A stretch of DNA of 64,000 nucleotides from an uncultured virus (IMG/VR IMGVR_UViG_3300042451_001437). Its lineage: Duplodnaviria > Heunggongvirae > Uroviricota > Caudoviricetes. Below, piece by piece: positions 39,315 to 46,742 of this stretch (position 1 is the first letter of the stretch; each line of letters starts with the position of its first letter). The notes beneath the pieces are model-generated. The model was given only the letters and a program-made list of their open reading frames with translations. It was not told where the DNA came from and did no database searches. The stretch is from the IMG/VR virus record IMGVR_UViG_3300042451_001437. One strand, 5' to 3'. The translations under genes were made by a program, and so were the position numbers.

Positions 39315-40265
39315 TTAAAAATCGTCAGTAAAACTAAGCTTTTCGTTTAATTTAGCTTTCTGATACTCAACTGTTCTTGACTCAAAAAAGTTACCCTTTG
39401 TTTCAACGGCAATTTGCTCCATAAATTTGAACGGTTGTTCGACATTGAACTCTTTTTTGCAACCAAATTTTACTAATAACCCATCTGTAACAAACTCTAA
39501 ATATTGTTTCATTAAGTTTGAGTTCATACCAATAAGTGACACTGGTAATGATTCTGTGATAAATTCTTTTTCTATATTCAAAGCAGACAATATTATCTCT
39601 TTGATTCTAGCTTCTGACGGTTTGTTCTCAACGTGATTGTTGATTAGATGAATGGCGAAATCACAATGTAAATTTTCATCTTTAAAAATTAATGTATTTG
39701 CATTACATAACCCCTGCATTAAACCTCTTGATTTTAACCAAAAGATAGAACAGAATGATCCTGAGAAGAATATACCTTCTACCGCTGCAAATGCAACTAA
39801 TCTTTCCTGAAAAGAAGCGTTTTCAATCCAATCCAAAGCCCATTTAGCTTTTTTCTGTACGGCTGGTAAATTTTCCAATGCTCTGAAACTTTCTAACTTT
39901 TCCTGTGGGTTTGATATGTAAGTATCAATTAATAAGGAATACATAAGGCTGTGGATATTTTCCATTGCGATTTGCATACCGTAGAAAAACTTAGCTTCTG
40001 GGTATTGAACTTCTTTTAGGAAATTTTCTGCAAGGTTTTCGTTAACAATACCATCTGATGAGGCAAAGAACGATAAGATATTTTTAATGAAATACCTTTC
40101 ATTATCTGTTAAATTCTGCCAATCCCTAATATCGTTAGATAAATCGACTTCTTCAGCTGTCCAAAACGCAGCCTGGTGTTGCTTGTAAAACTCCCAAATG
40201 TCGTTGTACTCGATGGGGAAAATAACAAATCTGTTAGGATTTTCCTGTAAAATTTTTTCTTGCAT
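39315..40265 (-). CDS. nrdB: Ribonucleotide reductase class Ia beta subunit
   Basis: [30 protein letters not shown] (radical Tyr), [15 protein letters not shown]. Confidence 0.97.
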   Translation of the reverse strand: MQEKILQENPNRFVIFPIEYNDIWEFYKQHQAAFWTAEEVDLSNDIRDWQNLTDNERYFIKNILSFFASSDGIVNENLAENFLKEVQYPEAKFFYGMQIAMENIHSLMYSLLIDTYISNPQEKLESFRALENLPAVQKKAKWALDWIENASFQERLVAFAAVEGIFFSGSFCSIFWLKSRGLMQGLCNANTLIFKDENLHCDFAIHLINNHVENKPSEARIKEIILSALNIEKEFITESLPVSLIGMNSNLMKQYLEFVTDGLLVKFGCKKEFNVEQPFKFMEQIAVETKGNFFESRTVEYQKAKLNEKLSFTDDF

Positions 40266-40297
40266 AATTTTTTATTAATGTTAATTTTTGTTGTTTA

Positions 40298-40317
40298 GAT
40301 AAATATAGACAAAGATA
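40298..40317 (-). promoter_or_regulatory. Tandem promoter elements upstream of nrdB: TATCTTTG (host -7 type) and TATTTATC (late-type)
   Basis: TATCTTTG at 40317-40310 and TATTTATC at 40305-40298. No good -33 match. Confidence 0.5.
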
Positions 40318-40323
40318 CGATTA

Positions 40324-41736
40324 TTACCCTAAATCATCACTAATTTCAGTAGTATTTTCATTATCTTTTTTCAAACTCTCTAGAAACTTCCTTCTAGTCT
40401 CAATACTTTGCTGTTGTTTTTGTGATTCAAAACCTTTTTCAGTTAACACGTCATTTGTGTCAATTAAAATTTTTGAATTATCAAACACGCAATCTTTAAA
40501 TATCATACCATCATCACCCATACGGTTTTTAAGGATTGATATAGTTGCAATTTTTTGATCTTTTTGTTCAAGGGTTTTACCGATACTCATAATAAAGTGA
40601 GCAATCTGTGCTTTTTTCAAGTTACCACCCATATTTTCTGTTTTAACAACTTCAACACTTGTAGAACTTCTGTTACCCTGAGTTGCGGTCCAACCAACAA
40701 CATTCATCTCATCAACCATACTTTCAAATGCACGCATGATTTTACCCTCATTTGACCACTCTTCCGAGTTTGAGGTTTCTTTTTCCATGGAAAGACAATC
40801 AATGTAGTCCAATACTAACATATCAACCTTAGCACCTTTAGAGTTGATTTTTTTAATGATGTTTTTTATCTTATTTATCGTAACACCATCTGCTGGTAAT
40901 TTTTGTAGATAAAGGTTGTTTTTGTGTTCGTCCTTTATAACTTTAACTTTATTTTGAATTAAAGATTTGTTTTCTGATAACTCACTAAGTGGAATACCAG
41001 TTAAAGCCGAAAAGTGTTTTCTTTGTACAGCCTCTTCTTTATCTTCAAAAAATATTTGTAATACCGTCTTACCGCTAAGGAATGCGCTACTAGCGACTTT
41101 AGTGAGGAATGTTGTCTTACCAACACCAAGTGGTGCGATAACTAAACCAACTTCACCTTTTGATAAACCACCTTTAGTGCATTTATCTATACCATCAATC
41201 CCAGTCGGGATTGGGTCTCTATAATCCTCTGATAGTACTTTATCAATGTTATCAAATAATAAGATTGGGTCTTGCTCCTCTTTAAAAGTAATAGCGTCCT
41301 TAATCTTTTTTTCGATTTCATCGTAATCTGAGATAACACCACGATCTAATTTTGTTTTTATCTCATTTACCGCACCACGAATGGATTGTAATTTACAGAA
41401 TTTTTTTGCGTTATCCTGTGTGTTTAGGTTACCAACCTTACAATTTTCTACATCATCAATAGTATCATGTAATTGTGTCCTAAAAGCTTCAAACTCTGGT
41501 CCGATTTCATTATTAACCTCAAGTCTCAATGATGGGAAATTTAATAACACATCATGTTTTTCGTGGTATTTTTTAATAATGTGAGCAATTTTCTGAAAAG
41601 CTTCAGATGGAAAATACGCTGGTTGAATAATATCGATTATTGATTCACCAAACTTATGGTCTGTAATTATTTCATTTATTAATTGTAATTGAAAGTCTTT
41701 GCCTAAATCTTCAAAGCTGCTTATTATATTAGCCAT
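40324..41736 (-). CDS. Replicative helicase (DnaB/T4 gp41-like)
   Basis: PIPTGIDGID, Walker A APLGVGKTT, LVLDYID, WTATQGNR, LKNRMG. Confidence 0.92.
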   Translation of the reverse strand: MANIISSFEDLGKDFQLQLINEIITDHKFGESIIDIIQPAYFPSEAFQKIAHIIKKYHEKHDVLLNFPSLRLEVNNEIGPEFEAFRTQLHDTIDDVENCKVGNLNTQDNAKKFCKLQSIRGAVNEIKTKLDRGVISDYDEIEKKIKDAITFKEEQDPILLFDNIDKVLSEDYRDPIPTGIDGIDKCTKGGLSKGEVGLVIAPLGVGKTTFLTKVASSAFLSGKTVLQIFFEDKEEAVQRKHFSALTGIPLSELSENKSLIQNKVKVIKDEHKNNLYLQKLPADGVTINKIKNIIKKINSKGAKVDMLVLDYIDCLSMEKETSNSEEWSNEGKIMRAFESMVDEMNVVGWTATQGNRSSTSVEVVKTENMGGNLKKAQIAHFIMSIGKTLEQKDQKIATISILKNRMGDDGMIFKDCVFDNSKILIDTNDVLTEKGFESQKQQQSIETRRKFLESLKKDNENTTEISDDLG

Positions 41737-41749
41737 TTAAATTTTATTT

Positions 41750-42205
41750 TTATTGTACTTGTAAACTGTATCCAAGGTATTCTGTTTCCAATTCTTTTGT
41801 TGGCGTACACAAGCATTTTTGAATGCGTGTAATCAACTCGTAGATATGCTGACGAATGTCAACTGTGTATCTAACTTTAACTGGGTAAATAGTAGCATCC
41901 CATTCTCTGTATGCAATTACATTACCATCGTGTTTAACCACAATTCTCATCATGTCTTTAGAGGCATTTTGTTCGTAGTCTGGTGTTTCCAAGAAATGTC
42001 TTTGGTGTTCAGTGATGAAGTCTAATGCTCTGTCTTTTAAAACACTTTGAATTAACTCAACGTTCTCATCAATCGCATATTTAAAATTCATTGAGTTTAT
42101 CGCTTTGTTATTAAAACCGATAATGTTAAAGAATCTTTGAACGATAATGTTGTCGTTTAGATAAAGTGTAAATTCGAATTTACGTTGTTCTCTTTTTTCT
42201 TCCAT
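41750..42205 (-). CDS. Hypothetical protein in replication operon
   Basis: ORF track start 42232. ATG 42205 (MEEKREQRK), just after the upstream stop, is more plausible. Confidence 0.75.
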   Translation of the reverse strand: MEEKREQRKFEFTLYLNDNIIVQRFFNIIGFNNKAINSMNFKYAIDENVELIQSVLKDRALDFITEHQRHFLETPDYEQNASKDMMRIVVKHDGNVIAYREWDATIYPVKVRYTVDIRQHIYELITRIQKCLCTPTKELETEYLGYSLQVQ

Positions 42206-42206
42206 G

Positions 42207-43259
42207 TTATTTGTTTTTTGTATTGTATGCATTTTCTTCTTTTTTTATAATAGTAATAAAAGAACTCCAGAAAACAAAGAAAGCGTCATCATTTTTTGGT
42301 AAAAAATTTAATAATTCATCTTCCTTCATCATTTCCATGATTTTTTTGATCCCACCACGTCCTTCAGGTGATAAAGTTTCATTGACCATTTCGTCAATTG
42401 CTTCCTTTAACCCATTCGTAACATGTGGTTCTTTAAGGTTGATTATTTTATTCATTACTGAAAAATAATCAGTTCCGTATGTTCCCCATTTGGTTTCACC
42501 GTTAATGATAGTGTTTAATGTTTTATCATTCGGTTTTTCAATCAATAGTTCTTTGGTTCTATTAATAATCCAATCCTGGTTAACGGTTTGTTTTTTTATT
42601 TCTGGAAAATATTTTAACACCTTTTGTTCACCAATATTTTGTAAACCAGATATGTTGTCGCTTGTATCACCAGCAATCATCTTGATAATACCAACATTTG
42701 AGTAGTGGTAATCAAAATAACTTTCAAAGTTATCCATGTTGACCATTACCTTGGCGTTTTTTATTGTTAAACAAACCTTTGTGTTTTCATCAAGTAGTTG
42801 TAGCAAGTCACGATCATTTGTGTAAACAATCTTATTCTCATTTGGGGAATTCATTGAATAGTATGCTATGCCGTCATCAGCTTCGCAACCATCAATTTCG
42901 ACCTGTCTAATTGATAATTCTTCTAGGTATTGTTTGATTCGGATTCTTTGTCGATCCAAATCGTGTTTTTCATCAATTGTTACTTTATTGTCACGGTTTT
43001 GTTTGTAATACGGATAGTAACCTTGTCTATATTCCTTAGACCCTTTACCTTCCCAAAATACAACAACCTTTGTGACTGCGTAATCTTGATAGAATCTTTT
43101 AATCGTATTGATAAAGTGGAATATGGTACCAACGCTACCTTCTTTTCCTTGAAGTTGCTTGGTACCATGAAATCCTTGCTTTAGAAGATATTCACCATCA
43201 ATAAGTAGTGAGTTAATTGTTGTATTAACTTTGTGTCTTATTGGTTTATTAATCTTCAT
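42207..43259 (-). CDS. 5'-3' exonuclease / flap endonuclease (T4 RNase H, PolA N-terminal-like)
   Basis: LLIDG, YKQNR, EADDGIA, NDRDLLQL, GDTSDNISG. Start set to ATG 43259 (MKINKP). Confidence 0.9.
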   Translation of the reverse strand: MKINKPIRHKVNTTINSLLIDGEYLLKQGFHGTKQLQGKEGSVGTIFHFINTIKRFYQDYAVTKVVVFWEGKGSKEYRQGYYPYYKQNRDNKVTIDEKHDLDRQRIRIKQYLEELSIRQVEIDGCEADDGIAYYSMNSPNENKIVYTNDRDLLQLLDENTKVCLTIKNAKVMVNMDNFESYFDYHYSNVGIIKMIAGDTSDNISGLQNIGEQKVLKYFPEIKKQTVNQDWIINRTKELLIEKPNDKTLNTIINGETKWGTYGTDYFSVMNKIINLKEPHVTNGLKEAIDEMVNETLSPEGRGGIKKIMEMMKEDELLNFLPKNDDAFFVFWSSFITIIKKEENAYNTKNK

Positions 43260-44265
43260 CAGAATAAGAGATTTTTTGGTTAACCTCATATTCCTCTAAC
43301 TCGAAGTTAGCGTCATCTATTTTACTAGCCCAGTACTCAAAAGTTTCTTTCTTGTACAAGTCTAACGCTGCTTTATTATCACGTTTGTCATCAGTGATGA
43401 ATCCGTGTGGCGTAACAATAATTTTTGAGTCAGCGTAACCAAGACCATTGATATGGTTTTTATCCACAGTAACTTTGGTTCTTGTTGCAAAGTTAATTTT
43501 TCTTCCCTTGCTTGTTGCATCAATTTTGTTGATACCACCATCAGCTTCGTTACCAAAACGGAAAACTAATGTAGCCGCTTGGTAGATAGCCTCACCACCT
43601 TTTGGTTTCATCTTAGGTTGGCCCATTGGTGAATCTGGAAGTCTAACCCATGGTAAGTTACATACAACCAAACCGTTTAAGTATGGTGATGTTTCCTTAC
43701 GGCTGTTGTTGATTCTTTGGTTAATACCCATGTTAATCTTTTCAGCCAATACACCAGCGGTATGTTGTTTACCACCCTTACCTTCCCATGTCATTTTACA
43801 CGGTACTGAACCAACTGAATCCCAGAAGAAACAAACATCATAAGGTAAATCACCTTTTGCTTGCATATCTAAAACCTCATTGATGTAATCGGTAACTTGT
43901 TCGATGAAATTAAAGTCATCACGGTAAAGGAAGAATCCATCCCATTCACCAGTTTCTTCGTTTCTTGAACAATCCAACCCCATAAGTTGACAATGTTCGA
44001 AACTCCATTTTTTTTCTGTTACCAAATAAACTGGTAAGATACCTTTTCTTTGCGCATCAACTGATGCAGCGATTAATGCACTTGTTTTACCAGTATTGGT
44101 ATGTCCAAGTAACATGTTAATGTGACCCATGCATGGACCTGGTACGCCAGATGCTTCCAAGAATGCTTCACCACAACTCAAAAATAAATCTGATTTGTAT
44201 TTAGTTGTCGTACTCATTTTCTTTTTGAGGTCATCAAAAGAAAATTCTTTTTTCTTAACTGCCAT
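43249..44265 (-). CDS. recA: RecA/UvsX recombinase
   Basis: Walker A GHTNTGKT, FFWDSVGS, PKGGEAI, KNHI. Start set to ATG 44265 (MAVKKK) because the track's GTG start at 44307 lies inside the hairpin. Confidence 0.9.
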   Translation of the reverse strand: MAVKKKEFSFDDLKKKMSTTTKYKSDLFLSCGEAFLEASGVPGPCMGHINMLLGHTNTGKTSALIAASVDAQRKGILPVYLVTEKKWSFEHCQLMGLDCSRNEETGEWDGFFLYRDDFNFIEQVTDYINEVLDMQAKGDLPYDVCFFWDSVGSVPCKMTWEGKGGKQHTAGVLAEKINMGINQRINNSRKETSPYLNGLVVCNLPWVRLPDSPMGQPKMKPKGGEAIYQAATLVFRFGNEADGGINKIDATSKGRKINFATRTKVTVDKNHINGLGYADSKIIVTPHGFITDDKRDNKAALDLYKKETFEYWASKIDDANFELEEYEVNQKISYSDED

Positions 44266-44287
44266 ATATATTTTGTATTTTTTTTGT

Positions 44288-44342
44288 AAAAAAAAGCATG
44301 GACACATACTTGGACATAATGTCCGAGTTAATATCCATGCTT
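44288..44342 (-). terminator. Long (23-bp imperfect) hairpin plus U-tract between SSB and recA
   Basis: Minus strand AAGCATGGATATTAACTCGGACA-TTA-TGTCCAAGTATGTGTCCATGCTT followed by Ts. Confidence 0.75.
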
Positions 44343-44354
44343 AAGATTTATTTT

Positions 44355-45305
44355 TTAGAACGGTAAATCGTCAATCTTTAACTGACCTGCTGGTGCGCTT
44401 TCTTCTTCAACACCACCATCAACATCACCACCGTCAGTATCTTCAGACATAGCAACTGGTGCTGGTGTCTCATACTTAGTTTTAGGTGTTGGTGCAGCAG
44501 AACCAGTGTAAGTGCTTACACCATCCTCAACTTTGGCAACAAAACATTTTTGCTCAGCATCCCAGATTGGTTCGCTACCTTCTGCAACAATGTTTAAATA
44601 CTCAATAGATTTTTTCTTGAAGACATCAGTCCAAGCCATTGGATCGCTTAACCATTCAACTGATTGGTTTTCGTCCTCAGACAATTTAGACTCTCTATCA
44701 GGGATGATAGATGCAACTTTAGTAAAACCAACTTTGCTGTCTTTTGATTTATCTCTAATCATAGAGATTGTAAGATCGAAACCTTCAAATGGGTTCCAGA
44801 ATGCACCGTATTTTTTAACAAGTGGTGCAATTTTGTCCATAATACCTGAACCGTCTTGTACTGCTGGGAATCTCCAGAATTTAACACCTTCGTGTTCTTT
44901 ACCACGTTCGATAACACGAACGATGAAGAATTGGCGAGACTTGTAATTGATAGCCAATTTTTTGTCTTCTTTGTCTGCACTCTTCATTAAGAATTTGTAC
45001 ATTTCATTCAACGGTGAATCGTCACCATCTTGTGATGGATCGTAAAGTTTTGTCCATCTTTTACCAATTTTTAGGTTGTGGAAGTAACCAACTTTGTACC
45101 ACTTAGTTGGATCATCTTGGTTAGGAAGAATCCTAACTGATTTTTCACCACTTTGCGCACCCTCATCAAGTGCAATTGTGAAATACTTTGTTAAGTCGAC
45201 AGAACTAGATTGGGTAGTCTGTGTTGTTTTCGACTTTGCTTTTTCATAGTCGGCCAGAGTGTCTGTTGCGGCCTTGGACCAATCGATTTTCTTGTAGTCA
45301 ATCAT
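44355..45305 (-). CDS. Single-stranded DNA-binding protein (T4 gp32-like)
   Basis: VRILP, FH, VIERGKEHEGVKFWRF, EGFDLTI; acidic tail ending DDLPF; adjacent to recA. Confidence 0.82.
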   Translation of the reverse strand: MIDYKKIDWSKAATDTLADYEKAKSKTTQTTQSSSVDLTKYFTIALDEGAQSGEKSVRILPNQDDPTKWYKVGYFHNLKIGKRWTKLYDPSQDGDDSPLNEMYKFLMKSADKEDKKLAINYKSRQFFIVRVIERGKEHEGVKFWRFPAVQDGSGIMDKIAPLVKKYGAFWNPFEGFDLTISMIRDKSKDSKVGFTKVASIIPDRESKLSEDENQSVEWLSDPMAWTDVFKKKSIEYLNIVAEGSEPIWDAEQKCFVAKVEDGVSTYTGSAAPTPKTKYETPAPVAMSEDTDGGDVDGGVEEESAPAGQLKIDDLPF

Positions 45306-45326
45306 AATTATATAAATTTTATGCTA

Positions 45327-45358
45327 CAAAAGTAAGAACAAAAACCACAAAAAACAAG
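45327..45358 (-). promoter_or_regulatory. Bacteroidota sigma-A-type promoter (CTTG-N20-TACTTTTG)
   Basis: TACTTTTG at 45334-45327 in the context CTTACTTTTGTAG (compare CTTATCTTTGTAG before primase), with TTG 20 nt upstream. Confidence 0.7.
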
Positions 45359-45383
45359 TTTTTGGGAAAATATTTTTAAAACT

Positions 45384-45689
45384 TTAGAAAATCGTCTTGT
45401 ATTTCTTAACTCCAAACACTAATAAACCCCTATAAACAGAGGTTGTTTCGTTTTGACTCGCATTTACCGCTGTAACTTCTAAAGACTGTATTGGCATTTC
45501 AAGCATACCCATCATTGATAGCGTTATATCAGTAACACCGTTGACACTTATAACAACTGTATCATTAGTGTTACCTAAAGTTATAAACCCATAATACTCT
45601 ATGGTATAATCAGCCTCATTTACAAAACCTATCGCTGTATCCCCAACTGTTAATTTTTGTGTAATTAATTCTTGTTGTATGTGTCTCAT
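45384..45689 (-). CDS. Hypothetical protein (101 aa)
   Basis: Full ORF, 2 nt after the upstream stop. Confidence 0.7.
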   Translation of the reverse strand: MRHIQQELITQKLTVGDTAIGFVNEADYTIEYYGFITLGNTNDTVVISVNGVTDITLSMMGMLEMPIQSLEVTAVNASQNETTSVYRGLLVFGVKKYKTIF

Positions 45690-45691
45690 TA

Positions 45692-46441
45692 TTAATAGTT
45701 ACTTACTGGTTTTTCGTTATTGTTCGCATTATAAAAACTATTTTTAATGTCAGTTGCGTTATAATTATTCATAAGACTGTCCATCATCGATAATTTATCT
45801 GGTCTGTTTTCGAGATCAGTTTGCGTTTTTGGTGCGGTACCACCCATATATTCATCTTGAGTTACACTAAAAGGGTATGAATCTTTAGCCAACGCTTTTC
45901 TTCTTTCACCCTCTGTTGGTGGTCTCATCAACTCAACTTGTTTTGTTAAAGCGTTCATTTGTTGAATAACGGAATCCATTTTTTGTAATCCTTGCTCAAC
46001 ACCATTAATTTTATTAATGATAGCCTCAATTTTAGTACTTGAATCAGCAATTTTTTGGATAATACTATCTGTTTTACCACCCAATTCTTTGCTTGTATTA
46101 ACTAAATCAGTTACATCAATTTCGGTGTCTCCTTCTGGAGCAGCTTCTGGGGCAACAGCGGTTGTGTCCACACCAGCATCTGCGGCTGGAACCTCTTCAG
46201 CACCACCCATTTCAGCGTCTGGAACAGCAGTATCAACACCAGCATCTGCGGCTGGAGCCTCGGCACCAATTTCAGCATCTGGAACAGCTGTATCTTCAGC
46301 TGGAATTTCTTCAGCTGGGGCATCTTCCTCTGCTTCATAAAATTTATAATGATGACCCTCAGATAATTTCTCTTGGTAGGCCATAATGCTATTAAATCTT
46401 TTTACCTCTTCGGATAATACTTTATTTAAATTTTTGCTCAT
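45692..46441 (-). CDS. Probable internal head/scaffold-like protein with acidic A/P/D/E repeats and coiled coil
   Basis: LSEEVKRFNSIM N-terminus, DTAVPDAE..PAADAGV repeats, coiled coil. Confidence 0.6.
   Translation of the reverse strand: MSKNLNKVLSEEVKRFNSIMAYQEKLSEGHHYKFYEAEEDAPAEEIPAEDTAVPDAEIGAEAPAADAGVDTAVPDAEMGGAEEVPAADAGVDTTAVAPEAAPEGDTEIDVTDLVNTSKELGGKTDSIIQKIADSSTKIEAIINKINGVEQGLQKMDSVIQQMNALTKQVELMRPPTEGERRKALAKDSYPFSVTQDEYMGGTAPKTQTDLENRPDKLSMMDSLMNNYNATDIKNSFYNANNNEKPVSNY
46150..46295 (-). repeat. Intragenic degenerate tandem repeat (~20-22 codons, ~2.5 copies)
   Basis: DTAVPDAEIGAEAPAADAGV / DTAVPDAEMGGAEEVPAADAGV / DTTAV. Nucleotide CACCAGCATCTGCGGCTGGA occurs twice. Confidence 0.85.
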
Positions 46442-46665
46442 CTTAAATATGTTTTACGACTGTGACTTATTGGTGATTCTTCTCTTAGTAATTCTCTACC
46501 ATCTTCCATCATTAATTTCTTTTCAATTAATGTTCTTTCAATTAAACCGTCTTTTGTTTTTACGTAACAAACCCCAGTTTTAATATCGCAAACTTCTTCA
46601 CCCATTTGTGCTTCTTCAATTTTTTTACCCAAAAATTGGTCTAGTTTACTGTTAAAATTGCTCAT
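46438..46665 (-). CDS. Hypothetical protein (75 aa, CDIKTGVC motif)
   Basis: Full ORF preceded by TATTTATA; ATGA overlap with the next gene. Confidence 0.75.
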   Translation of the reverse strand: MSNFNSKLDQFLGKKIEEAQMGEEVCDIKTGVCYVKTKDGLIERTLIEKKLMMEDGRELLREESPISHSRKTYLR

Positions 46666-46679
46666 ATGCTTTTATTTAC

Positions 46680-46687
46680 TATAAATA
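46680..46687 (-). promoter_or_regulatory. Putative late-promoter motif (AGA)TATTTATA
   Basis: 14 nt upstream of ATG 46665. Confidence 0.65.
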
Positions 46688-46694
46688 TCTGATA

Positions 46695-46732
46695 TTTTAA
46701 TAAAAGTTGGTATTATACCAAACTTATTAAAA
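46695..46732 (-). terminator. AT-rich imperfect inverted repeat after the 2425-aa gene (possible terminator)
   Basis: TTTTAATAAAAGTTGGTA-TTA-TACCAAACTTATTAAAA; no clear U-tract. Confidence 0.35.
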
Positions 46733-46742
46733 TTACCTTATT

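Noticed and set aside
36868..44265. Inteins or group I introns in nrdA, nrdB, helicase, recA
   Set aside because: ORFs are uninterrupted and of normal length; no intein splice motifs or homing endonuclease ORFs seen.
44266..44307. N-terminal extension MCPCFFLQKKYKIY on RecA
   Set aside because: The GTG start lies within the hairpin/U-tract; ATG 44265 is the plausible start.
1133..46687. T4-type late promoters TATAAATA driving plus-strand transcripts
   Set aside because: No credible plus-strand genes follow them; their position just upstream of minus-strand ATGs favours the TATTTAT reading. Antisense activity is not excluded.
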